From: Patescibacteria group bacterium
GTDB lineage: Bacteria > Patescibacteriota > WWE3 > UBA101185 > UBA10185
Length of the DNA: 64,000 bases
Assembly: GCA_049322215.1 (NCBI GenBank)
Contig: JBMORU010000001.1
Span: 755 to 64,754 of the forward strand
Reading direction: 5' to 3'
How positions within the stretch are numbered: the first letter of the stretch is position 1; each line of letters begins with the position of its first letter. The notes beneath the pieces were generated by a model. The model saw nothing but the letters and a program-made list of their open reading frames with translations, was not told the DNA's origin and ran no database searches. The translations under genes and the position numbers were made by a program. Positions 28,838 to 38,223 of the stretch are shown here, one piece after another.

Positions 28838-29902
28838 TTATAAAATAACTTGCTCAACTGCAAAAGAACCATCTTGATAAATTTTTAAAAGACTAAATCG
28901 GGGCGTTTGCAAATTACGAGCTTTAGTTATGGCACCATTTACATAATGCAATAGCTCTCTTTTTTGTGGATCTGTGGACTCACTATAAAAATGATGTTCT
29001 GCTGCAATTATGGCCTTAACATCCGAATCACGAATTAAAGAAAGTAACTCTTCACGCTGGGAAACTAATTCGTCGGTTACTTCATCTGACGTTACCCCCA
29101 TTACTCTAGTATTAGTAGGATGATACAAAGGCGTTGCTAGCAGTACAAAATCTGCAGACGAAACATCTCGTTCAAAGTTTTTCATAGAAACATTATCAAT
29201 AGGAGTGTAATTGGGACTATTATCTAAAAGAATAAAATTTGTATTCTCTATATTTACTTTATGATAATTTTTACCAAATACGTCAGTGAAATTCCTTTGA
29301 CCAACAGCTTCGTATAGATCACGATCGCCAGGAATAGAATAATAAGGTATAGAGCTTGCATCCATTAATTCCTTAGCAGCTACTAAATCGGAAATTTCAC
29401 CAAAAGAAGTATAATCTCCTATAAATAGCATTGCAGAAACATTTAATGTTTTAGCTTTAGAAATAGCTGCAGACAACTGTTGCCAATCATTTTCAGAATC
29501 TGACATTATGGCCACACTAACTGCTGGTTTTGTGTCATCAGCAGAAACCGTTCTATTAGTGCTAGAGCTGGCAGTATCTTCTGTGATTACGGAATTTGTG
29601 GTTGAAACTGGAGGCAAAAGCGAATCACGCTCGTTTGATTCTTTATTTAAACCTGTATCAGAAACTCTTTGTACAAACTTACCTGCAACTTCACCAACTT
29701 CATCCTCATCTAACCCAACTCTAGACAAGTAAGGACTAGAAAAGCTAGCAATTTTTTTAGGATCCAGGCTAGAGACTTCTTTAACAAAATAGGTTAGACC
29801 TAAAACTAGTGAGGACAATAAAACAATTGCGATCAAAGATCGCACTGTACGTCTAAAAAAATTTACACGCGGAGTGCGCTTGTTTTTTTTTCTTCTAAAC
29901 AC
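28838..29902 (-). CDS. Membrane-anchored calcineurin-like metallophosphoesterase (putative)
   Basis: N-terminal TM helix. Dispersed MPP-like motifs IMSDSEN, FIGDYTS, IPGDRDL and AAEHHF. Low-complexity S/T linker. Confidence 0.4.
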   Translation of the reverse strand: MFRRKKNKRTPRVNFFRRTVRSLIAIVLLSSLVLGLTYFVKEVSSLDPKKIASFSSPYLSRVGLDEDEVGEVAGKFVQRVSDTGLNKESNERDSLLPPVSTTNSVITEDTASSSTNRTVSADDTKPAVSVAIMSDSENDWQQLSAAISKAKTLNVSAMLFIGDYTSFGEISDLVAAKELMDASSIPYYSIPGDRDLYEAVGQRNFTDVFGKNYHKVNIENTNFILLDNSPNYTPIDNVSMKNFERDVSSADFVLLATPLYHPTNTRVMGVTSDEVTDELVSQREELLSLIRDSDVKAIIAAEHHFYSESTDPQKRELLHYVNGAITKARNLQTPRFSLLKIYQDGSFAVEQVIL

Positions 29903-29931
29903 AGGAATATTATAACATCACAGAATAATTC

Positions 29932-31872
29932 TTACATTGCGTTTGGAGCTTTTATTCCCAACAAAAACAACCCATTATGCAATACTTGTTTAACTGAAGA
30001 AGTTAACAAAAGCCTAAAATACTTAACATTATCATCTGTTTCTTTTAACACGGGTAACTCATTATAAAAAGTATTGTAACGCTGTGACAACTCGAATAAA
30101 TAATTGCATAGCAAGTTGGGTGCAAACTCATCTGCAGATCTAATAACTACTTCAGGAAATCTATAAATGTACGATAATATTTCCTTTTCGGACATATGCA
30201 AGTTTTGAGATGTAAATTTGTCTAAGTGATAGTCGAAAAGATTATTGTCCAAATCAAAATCTGATTTTTCCAAAAGTGAGAAACACCGAGCATGCGTATA
30301 TTGAATATAGGGTCCGGAGTAACCCTTTATACTAGTTGCGTTTTCTAAATCAAAAACTAAATCTTGATAAGTATTGTACTTTAACATTTCAAATTTTATA
30401 GCACCGTTTCTAACATCTTTCTTTGATTCAAAATCCCCATAGTTCAAAATTAGAGCATCATCGATAATATTTATAAAGTCATCTATTTTTATACCCCACC
30501 CTTTTCTACCGCTCATACCATACCTTGATTTCCCGTCTGAAGTATCGATACCTAATTGTGACGCAGTCAGTGCCGATAAATAAACAAAGCCATAATTAAT
30601 ATGTGTCATTTTAGATGCAGCAGATTCGTAACCCAGAAATTCTAGCGATTTGCGCACAGTATTTATTGCATATGATTGTCTCCCATCAATAACATTAAAG
30701 ACATACTCAACGCCCTTGAAAGATCTAGCAACATTAATAGGATTACTGTTAGAACTAGTAGAATAAAGTGCCTTTTCTTGGGTTGGAACATCAACTTTGT
30801 GGTAATAAAAATCTTTGTCTAGTAAACCGTATTTCCACATATGATAAGCTATGTCTTTGCCTGTATATGTAGGAACACCGTTAGCACGTACAATAATTTT
30901 GTCTTCTTCTATATCTTCATTACTAGTAGTTTTAGACACATCTGAAAGTTTGACTAACCAACAACCAGCAGATTTGCCTTCTTTAGCATAATAAACCCTC
31001 TCGTTACCTTTTAATATTTCAAATACATCTTCCCAAAACTGTAAATATAAAATATCACGCTCATGTATTAAAATATCATAATCAATGTCTAATTTTGAAA
31101 AAGTATGTAATTGGTCTAGCAATATGCGATCTGCCAAAGATGCTTGATTCTTTGCTATCTGATTATTTTGATCCTCAATCGAAACCATAATATTGGCTAA
31201 TTCCTCTTTTAAATTAGCATTGACTTCTAAATCTTTAGAAATTTTAGAATAAACATCCCAGGCATAATGGTCATATTTTTCATAATTTTCAGGACTTATG
31301 CTAGAAACATGCTTGGTGCCTAACAGTGATGTGGCCACCTGCAACCCAACGTCATTTACATAGTACTGCACTTCAACATCGTAATTTATGAATTCATATA
31401 CACGCTCGATGAATTGCCCTATGCAAGCATTTCGTAAGTGACCAATATGTGCAGCTTTATTTGGATTAACATTAGAATGCTCAAGTGCAATTCTATTCAT
31501 AGCACCCACTCTAGTTGAACCAAACGTAGCCCCTTCAACATTAATTGTATATAAAATATGCTGTAACCAGGCTTGAGATAACTTAAAGTTTATAAATCCA
31601 GGAGCTGCAAAACTAATAGATTCTAAAAGATCATAGTTGGTACCTTCGAAACTAAACTTCATACTTTTATCATTTAGTCCATATGTTAGCTTTTCAGCAA
31701 TTTTAAGAGGAGAATCTTTTAACAAAGGCGCTAATTTAAAACAAACGTTGGTAGAATAATCTCCCCATTCCCCATTTTCAGGATGTTCAATAAAAATATC
31801 AGGCAATTCTATATTAAATGAATTTTTAATAGAAGATTCGAGACTTTTCTTAAGCATAAATACTGGATCCAT
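29932..31872 (-). CDS. argS: Arginyl-tRNA synthetase
   Basis: N-terminal add-1 domain pattern (..GDYSTN..). NPNKAAHIGHLRN is the class I HIGH motif. GMSGRKG is the ArgRS MSxR motif. Confidence 0.7.
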   Translation of the reverse strand: MDPVFMLKKSLESSIKNSFNIELPDIFIEHPENGEWGDYSTNVCFKLAPLLKDSPLKIAEKLTYGLNDKSMKFSFEGTNYDLLESISFAAPGFINFKLSQAWLQHILYTINVEGATFGSTRVGAMNRIALEHSNVNPNKAAHIGHLRNACIGQFIERVYEFINYDVEVQYYVNDVGLQVATSLLGTKHVSSISPENYEKYDHYAWDVYSKISKDLEVNANLKEELANIMVSIEDQNNQIAKNQASLADRILLDQLHTFSKLDIDYDILIHERDILYLQFWEDVFEILKGNERVYYAKEGKSAGCWLVKLSDVSKTTSNEDIEEDKIIVRANGVPTYTGKDIAYHMWKYGLLDKDFYYHKVDVPTQEKALYSTSSNSNPINVARSFKGVEYVFNVIDGRQSYAINTVRKSLEFLGYESAASKMTHINYGFVYLSALTASQLGIDTSDGKSRYGMSGRKGWGIKIDDFINIIDDALILNYGDFESKKDVRNGAIKFEMLKYNTYQDLVFDLENATSIKGYSGPYIQYTHARCFSLLEKSDFDLDNNLFDYHLDKFTSQNLHMSEKEILSYIYRFPEVVIRSADEFAPNLLCNYLFELSQRYNTFYNELPVLKETDDNVKYFRLLLTSSVKQVLHNGLFLLGIKAPNAM

Positions 31873-31920
31873 GGGGTTATGTTAGGTTAATTGTTAAAAC
31901 AACGCAAGGATATTTGGTTT

Positions 31921-32721
31921 CTATAAAGGAAAAACTACATTTCCTAAATAGGTCAAAAAGTACTTGTAGTCATAGCTTCTTAAATAAGTAATCACCTCTT
32001 TATCAGGGTGCCCAAAGGCATTTTCTTTCCCCACAGGAATAACAATATAATCAGGTTTATAAGCTTTAAATATATTAGTATTTAAACTTGCAAGCGAGCC
32101 ATGATGAGGAAACTTATATATAAGCAAGGGTTTTTGAGCCCAAGTGGGAGCAACTTCCCCTACTATATTATCTAAAACAGTGCTAGCCACGTCACCCGTC
32201 ATTAATATTGTAGTATTTGGAGATTCAATAAGCATAACTAGAGATAAACTATTTAAATCTTCAGAAAAATACCCGTTTGGAGGCCATAGTACTTTTATAA
32301 AAATCTCATCTATAGATAAAACATCGCCTCTTTGTAAAATGAATGTTTCGGTGGTTGCAGATGAAATAGCACGCAAATAATCGTCAGCTGCCACATAAAA
32401 ATTAGCAACATAAATGTTTTTAACATTACAATAGTTAACTAAACGACTTAATCCAAAATAATGGTCTTTATGAGGATGTGTGATAAAAACTGAATCTAGA
32501 CGACACTCATTAAACAAAAATAACTCAGATATATAATTAGAAACCTCAAAATTAGGCCCTGCATCTATTAATATTAATTTCCCTTTGCTGGTTTTAATAA
32601 GAGTGGCGTCGCCTTGTCCAACATTCAAAAAACTAACAAAAGGCTTTTTGTTTATTTGAGAGCAGTAAAACAGCAACTGAACAATAAAACCCATCAAAAG
32701 AAGTCCTAGTAATTTACGCAT
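31921..32721 (-). CDS. comEC: ComEC C-terminal metallo-beta-lactamase domain protein, encoded as a separate ORF
   Basis: FLNVGQGDATLI, ITHPHKDH and FPHHGS are MBL-fold motifs of the ComEC/Rec2 C-terminal domain. It overlaps the upstream competence-domain ORF by 8 nt in another frame. Confidence 0.65.
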   Translation of the reverse strand: MRKLLGLLLMGFIVQLLFYCSQINKKPFVSFLNVGQGDATLIKTSKGKLILIDAGPNFEVSNYISELFLFNECRLDSVFITHPHKDHYFGLSRLVNYCNVKNIYVANFYVAADDYLRAISSATTETFILQRGDVLSIDEIFIKVLWPPNGYFSEDLNSLSLVMLIESPNTTILMTGDVASTVLDNIVGEVAPTWAQKPLLIYKFPHHGSLASLNTNIFKAYKPDYIVIPVGKENAFGHPDKEVITYLRSYDYKYFLTYLGNVVFPL

Positions 32722-33745
32722 ATAGCCTATTTATTTTTTTGAATAAAATGATAATACCAAGTAAAGCTAAGTAATAAAGACAAAAAACAGGTTTAGAAAT
32801 GGTGAAGTCTAAATTCATATATGAAAGCCGACTAAAAAACTCATTTATTAAAACAAATGAGTTTACAGGTATAAATAGCAAACTACTAAACAATACTGCT
32901 AAGGCATTACTAACCCTGATAGAAACAAGAAATAAAATTCCAAGCAAAGTTGCAATCGAAATTGACCAAAGAGAAAAAAAATTTACTAAAGGACTTATTA
33001 TGCTAATTCTACCAAAAGTAATAGATATAAGTGGCCATACAAGTAACTGTGCGGCTATAGAACTTACTAAGTCCTCTCTCAACCACGACAAAGGAATGAA
33101 ATTAATTTTTGGCAGTGATTTTCCTATAGGGTCGGTAAGTAAGAATAGACCTAGTGTAGATAAAAAGCTTAATTGAAAACTTAAGCTGAACAAACTGCTA
33201 GGAGAATGAATCAACATTAGTAAAGCCACAATAAGCAATGAGTACAAACTTCCAACTGACCTCCCATATACCTTACCTGTTAAGGCAAATACTATCATTA
33301 GCCACGCACGCACTACGGGTGCCTCAAACCCAACTAGCCAAACATAAAGAATTAGTATGACATTTATAAAAAGGAAATTCCTTGGTAAATATATAGACCC
33401 AAATATGCTTAATAAAAGTTGCACCAATAACTGCACGTTGTAGCCAGATACCACAGCAACATGTATTGTTCCGTTTTCTATTAGCTGTTCTTTAAAAATT
33501 GGTACATTGTAAAAAAAGTCTGACCCTACAAGTAAACCAACTATTAATTCACTTTCAGGGCTTGGAAAGTAGTTTTTAATTTCATCGTAAATTTCGCTCT
33601 TAATAGAGTCTTGCTTAAAAATGGTATCTGTCTCAAGCTCAACAGACTTACATGAAAATTCATGAAAAATGGTCGGACAAAAAGTAAGCAATCTAAATAT
33701 AAGAATAATCATTAATGGAAGTATTACTTTTAAAACTCTACTCAA
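32714..33745 (-). CDS. comEC: ComEC/Rec2 competence-domain polytopic membrane protein (N-terminal part of a split ComEC)
   Basis: Polytopic membrane protein of 343 aa immediately between comEA and the MBL-domain ORF. This matches the canonical comEA-comEC arrangement. Confidence 0.5.
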   Translation of the reverse strand: MSRVLKVILPLMIILIFRLLTFCPTIFHEFSCKSVELETDTIFKQDSIKSEIYDEIKNYFPSPESELIVGLLVGSDFFYNVPIFKEQLIENGTIHVAVVSGYNVQLLVQLLLSIFGSIYLPRNFLFINVILILYVWLVGFEAPVVRAWLMIVFALTGKVYGRSVGSLYSLLIVALLMLIHSPSSLFSLSFQLSFLSTLGLFLLTDPIGKSLPKINFIPLSWLREDLVSSIAAQLLVWPLISITFGRISIISPLVNFFSLWSISIATLLGILFLVSIRVSNALAVLFSSLLFIPVNSFVLINEFFSRLSYMNLDFTISKPVFCLYYLALLGIIILFKKINRLYA

Positions 33746-34364
33746 AGCTAACTTCCTTGCTTATAGAATGTGCAGTATTTGAGGGCAAACCACTTCTTTC
33801 CAGAAAGTCATCTACAGAACCATAAGGTCGATTTTGTATAATTAAAGCTGCGTATTTTGGGCCTATACCCTTAAGTTCATCTAACTCAGCGGCAGAAGCA
33901 GTATTTATTGAAATTCTTGAATTCTGAGATACCTCACTAGTCCCTTCAAAAATGGACTCAGGCATAGAGTCTGAAATATTTACAGTGGCTTCAGTTAGCC
34001 AACTATCACTTAGCAGTGGAATATATACCTTACTACCAGAGGTAACTTTAGAAGCAAGAGACAAGTTTTTTTCTATCCAGGATAAGTCAGCATCAGGACT
34101 AAAACCCCCTGCAGTGCTAATTAGGTCAGACAATATAGTATTAGAAGGAACCCAATAAACGCTTGGTAAATTTATTCCACCTGATATATCAACAGGTATT
34201 AAATCTACAGAGGCTGTGGAATTTAAATTGGTATCAATTTCACTTGTGTTAGGATTTATTTTTTCGGTATATGATTCATTTCTTTTTTCTACAGCAAAGT
34301 AAATAAATAAAACGACGACTATACAAAACAACACACTACTAATAAGACTGAAAACTTTTAGCAT
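33738..34364 (-). CDS. comEA: ComEA competence protein (helix-hairpin-helix DNA-binding), membrane anchored
   Basis: INTASAAELDELKGIGPKYAALIIQNRPYGSVDDFLERSGL is the C-terminal HhH motif. N-terminal TM helix. Confidence 0.7.
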   Translation of the reverse strand: MLKVFSLISSVLFCIVVVLFIYFAVEKRNESYTEKINPNTSEIDTNLNSTASVDLIPVDISGGINLPSVYWVPSNTILSDLISTAGGFSPDADLSWIEKNLSLASKVTSGSKVYIPLLSDSWLTEATVNISDSMPESIFEGTSEVSQNSRISINTASAAELDELKGIGPKYAALIIQNRPYGSVDDFLERSGLPSNTAHSISKEVSFE

Positions 34365-34592
34365 TATTACAATTTACACATATTTAGTTGTACTAAAATG
34401 CTTATTATTCTATTTAAATTAGAGAATAATTACCGCACAAATATGTGCGGGGAATTTACCACTTATGTATTAATAACAAAATATCATTATTTTTCCCCGC
34501 AAAAATACCGCATTGTTATGCTGAATAAATGCGACACATTGCTACAAAACATTGAGCACTTATTTATAAAAACTTTTAATTGTTATGGAATA

Positions 34593-34931
34593 TTAGTTAG
34601 ATTCTTCTAAAGCTTCCTGCATAATCTCTTTAAAGGCATCATTCTTATTTAAGTCACGAAGCAATGAAACAATTTTGGTCTTATTTAGAGTATAAAAAAC
34701 TTCTCTTCCCTTTTTGTCACTTCTTAAAAACCCCAAAGAGGCTAAAACACGCAAATGATGAGAAGCTAGATTTTCCTCTACATTAAGATTTTCAGCAACA
34801 TCGCCTACATTTTTCCTACCGTCACTCAGCATGCTTAAAATCTTAAGTCTGTTTTTGTCTGATAGCGCTTTAGAAAGCTTTATTATATTAACCATTGTGT
34901 GTAATATACAATGAACATTAGAATATTTCAA
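34593..34931 (-). CDS. ArsR/SmtB family transcriptional regulator
   Basis: LSDKNRLKILSMLSDGRKNVGDVAENLNVEENLASHHLRVLASLGFL is a winged-HTH ArsR signature. Confidence 0.7.
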   Translation of the reverse strand: MKYSNVHCILHTMVNIIKLSKALSDKNRLKILSMLSDGRKNVGDVAENLNVEENLASHHLRVLASLGFLRSDKKGREVFYTLNKTKIVSLLRDLNKNDAFKEIMQEALEESN

Positions 34932-34941
34932 ACAATAAACA

Positions 34942-36543
34942 TTAGAATGTTTTTGCCCTAAACTGCCAAGCTTCTAATATGTGTTTGTCTACAATTGTTT
35001 TTGAATCCTCTAAATCAGCAATAGTTTGACCCAACTTAATTAATTTAAAATAAATACGCATTGAGAATTGATACTTCTTTTTTAATTCATTTAAAACATC
35101 ATAAGCCTCAGAAGAAACACTTAATAGGTCAGTAATCAAATTAAAAGGAAGCTTAGCGTTAGTAGAAAATGAATAGTTTTTATAACGATCCTTTTGCTTA
35201 TAGCGGGCATTGCTAATTTTATTTAGCAGTTCTTGAAAATTTACAGCAGACGGAAGCCTCTTAGTACTTAAATCTACTGGAGTTAAGTGCACTAACATAT
35301 CAAATCTATCTAAAATTGGTCCGGAAATTTTCTTAGTGTACCTAGTACGCTCAGAAACACTACATTTGCAGTCTATGCTTGGATGTGTTGAATACCCACA
35401 GGGACAAGGATTCATGGCAGCAACAAGCAGAAAGTTACAAGGAAAAACAGATGTTCCGCTAGCGCGGGCAAGGCGTACTGTTCCAGACTCTATAGGTTCT
35501 CTTAGAGATTCTATTACACTTCTAGAAAATTCTGGGAGCTCATCGAGAAATAAAACACCATTATGTGCTTTAGTAACTTCACCCGGCTTAAGCGCAGCTC
35601 CACCCCCTATTATACTGATATGAGAACTTGTATGATGTGGTGATCTAAAAAGCTCTTTAGAATTAAAAATAGGCCTTGTATTTTGTAGCGAAGAAATTTT
35701 CATTACTTCAAGCTTTTCTTCACTAGATAGTGGAGGTAACAGATCCAGTAGGGATTTAGCTAATAAAGTTTTTCCTACCCCCGGAGAACCGTACAGTAAA
35801 AGATTGTGATTACCTGCAGCTGCAATATGTAGAGCATGTTTAGCCTTATATTGCCCTATAATGCTAGTATATGCGGAAGCGGTAAAATTTAACGGAACTT
35901 TTTTGTCTGTTACATCAAACTCTGTGGGTTTAGTCGACAATCCAATACACTTGGATAATTTATAAGTGCCCTGCAAATGCGCATGTAGAGCAGTCAAAGA
36001 TTCTACTATATATACTTCACTAAATATATTAAAAAACTCTTGATATAGTTGCGCATTTTTTGGTAACAACAACCCAGTCGCATGCTGGTTTTTTGCAAAT
36101 TCAAAGAAAATAGGAATACCCTTTATATGACGTACAGTTCCATCTAGTGAAAGTTCTCCAAGTACTAATATTTCTTTGGGAAATTCTACTTTTAGTAAAC
36201 AACATATGATCCCCAGAGCAATTGGTAAATCGTAATAGGAACCGTTTTTTGGTACATCTGCTGGAGCCAAATTAATAGTAATTCTAGCTGGCGGAAAATT
36301 GATTCCAGAATTAAGCAAAGCAGTTCTAATGCGTTGTTTGCTTTCTGCAATTGCCTTATTAGGTAAACCTACAATATCAAAAGTTGGAAAACCTCTACTA
36401 GCAACATCTACTTCTACAGTAATAGGAATCGCACTTAATCCCACCAAGGCCGCAGAAGAAACTTTAACTAGCATAAAAAACCCCAGAAGACTCAAATACA
36501 ACACCTGCGACACATAAACTTGTTGTTTCAATAGATAAAACAC
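34942..36543 (-). CDS. comM: YifB/ComM family Mg-chelatase-like AAA+ ATPase. The real start is probably an internal Met near 36474; the ORF start overlaps dprA.
   Basis: ALVGLSAIPITVEVDVASRGFPTFDIVGLPNKAIAESKQRIRTAL is the Lon-like N-domain. GSPGVGKTLLAKSL is Walker A. Confidence 0.8.
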   Translation of the reverse strand: MFYLLKQQVYVSQVLYLSLLGFFMLVKVSSAALVGLSAIPITVEVDVASRGFPTFDIVGLPNKAIAESKQRIRTALLNSGINFPPARITINLAPADVPKNGSYYDLPIALGIICCLLKVEFPKEILVLGELSLDGTVRHIKGIPIFFEFAKNQHATGLLLPKNAQLYQEFFNIFSEVYIVESLTALHAHLQGTYKLSKCIGLSTKPTEFDVTDKKVPLNFTASAYTSIIGQYKAKHALHIAAAGNHNLLLYGSPGVGKTLLAKSLLDLLPPLSSEEKLEVMKISSLQNTRPIFNSKELFRSPHHTSSHISIIGGGAALKPGEVTKAHNGVLFLDELPEFSRSVIESLREPIESGTVRLARASGTSVFPCNFLLVAAMNPCPCGYSTHPSIDCKCSVSERTRYTKKISGPILDRFDMLVHLTPVDLSTKRLPSAVNFQELLNKISNARYKQKDRYKNYSFSTNAKLPFNLITDLLSVSSEAYDVLNELKKKYQFSMRIYFKLIKLGQTIADLEDSKTIVDKHILEAWQFRAKTF

Positions 36544-37318
36544 TAGGAGATAAGTTAGTTGCTTCTAGTAAAGTATCAAAATGCATTGGGTTATCTTTTA
36601 ATGCATTTAGTATTAATTTTTGATCCTTACTGAAATTATTTATCAAATTTTTGTGCGTTTCGGAAACCTTTATGTTTAGTAAAGCGAGCATATCTTTTCC
36701 TGTAGTTATAGGTAATGCGCCAGACTTTAGTAAAAAATTATTCCCACTATAACTAACATTAAAAACATCGCCAGGTATAGTCATTAGAATACGACTTAAA
36801 TTTTTACAATACTTGGCTGTAATTAATGATCCACTGTTTTTTCGCGCTTCTACAACTAAAACTCCCAAAGATAATCCGGCTACAATGCGGTTTCTTTTTG
36901 GAAACGACCATTTTCGTGGAGCTATATTGCCTGGGTGCTCAGATAAAACTAAAGACTCAGATTCTATAATTTTGTTATACAACTCAAAGTTTTCAGAAGG
37001 AACTATATAGTCAATACCTCCTGGTAGTACTGCAATAGTTTTCAAATTGTACTCTAAAGCTAATTTGTGCGCTTCAGTATCAATACCGCGCATAAACCCA
37101 GATACAATTGTCACATTTGTACCCACTAGGTCTTTGAATATCACATTTAATAATACTTTCCCATATGCGGTAACTTCTCTACTACCAACTACTGCAATAC
37201 ATTCATTGAACAAATCGTTGTTCCAAAATCCTTTGTAATACAGATTTTTAGGGGGATTACGTAAGCTTTTTAGTTGTTTGGGATAATCTACTGTATCTAG
37301 CAAAACACAATTTGACAT
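36464..37318 (-). CDS. dprA: DNA processing protein DprA (Smf)
   Basis: IAVVGSREVTAYGK...VSGFMRGIDTEAHKLAL...AVLPGGIDYIVP...IVAGLSLGVLVVEARKNSGSLITAKY. Confidence 0.8.
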   Translation of the reverse strand: MSNCVLLDTVDYPKQLKSLRNPPKNLYYKGFWNNDLFNECIAVVGSREVTAYGKVLLNVIFKDLVGTNVTIVSGFMRGIDTEAHKLALEYNLKTIAVLPGGIDYIVPSENFELYNKIIESESLVLSEHPGNIAPRKWSFPKRNRIVAGLSLGVLVVEARKNSGSLITAKYCKNLSRILMTIPGDVFNVSYSGNNFLLKSGALPITTGKDMLALLNIKVSETHKNLINNFSKDQKLILNALKDNPMHFDTLLEATNLSPSVLSIETTSLCVAGVVFESSGVFYAS

Positions 37319-37412
37319 ATTGAAAGACTATTCGAGGTTCAAGTTTCATACAAATACATTATTTCTAGTTAAAATAGATTGTTCATATGTAAATTTAAGA
37401 TATAATCACCGT

Positions 37413-38072
37413 ATGGATAAATTAATATCGGTAGATGCAATTATAAAGCACGCAAAAAAAGAAGGTATAGACTTTGGTAAAGGCAATCCTTATAACAGGT
37501 TGAGATATTATACAAAAATAGGTTGGTTACCCCACATGGTACGCAAAAAAAGCAAAGATGGCAGCACTAAAGGACACTACCCAACTTGGGTAGTTGAACG
37601 ACTACTCTTAATAGAAGACTTTAAAAAGCAAGGATTAAACAACGACCAAATAACTGAAAAACTCAAAACTAAAACTAAAGTTCAGACTTTGTTTAATGTA
37701 TTTGCTACACCCGAAATGAAAAATAGGCTTTTTATTTATCTATTAATAATAGGATTTGTATTTTTAATTGCGGCAGAGTTGGAAATAATAAATATAGGAA
37801 CATCTAAAAGAAATATAATTAATGTTAACGAAATTAGCACAACACAAATAATTGACTCGGGATCCGCCTACATACCTTTTGAAAAAAATGAGGTGTTCAT
37901 TCCAAACACAAAAGTGCAAATAACCTCAAAAATACATGTGACATTCAATGATGATTATTCACCTGCATCAAGATACTGGATAAAGGATGTAAAACCAGGA
38001 CAAGGCTTTATAGTAACTTTAGATACAGCAACAAGTAGAGATGCTGGCTTTAATTGGTGGATTTCTAATTAA
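37413..38072 (+). CDS. MerR-family-like HTH regulator fused to a membrane/extracytoplasmic region. The start is placed at the internal Met (MDKLIS); the ORF-track start is 37320.
   Basis: RLRYYTKIGWLPHMVRKKSKDGSTKGHYPTWVVERLLLIEDFKKQGLNNDQI matches the MerR lRyYe.iGLl.P....g.R.Y motif. A TM helix LFIYLLIIGFVFLIAA is present. TATAAT lies 7 nt upstream of the ATG, so the mRNA may be leaderless. Confidence 0.45.
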   Translation: MDKLISVDAIIKHAKKEGIDFGKGNPYNRLRYYTKIGWLPHMVRKKSKDGSTKGHYPTWVVERLLLIEDFKKQGLNNDQITEKLKTKTKVQTLFNVFATPEMKNRLFIYLLIIGFVFLIAAELEIINIGTSKRNIINVNEISTTQIIDSGSAYIPFEKNEVFIPNTKVQITSKIHVTFNDDYSPASRYWIKDVKPGQGFIVTLDTATSRDAGFNWWISN

Positions 38073-38223
38073 AACCTATCAAAACAGCGTATTCTCCATC
38101 TTCTCCCGTTAAGGGAATATACATTATTGACATTAAATACGTAAACCCTTTATGCTTTTAGTAGTTCAAATTTTCACCTGCCTGGGATAATTTAATCCTG
38201 TGGTTGGTTATTAGGGGTAATGT

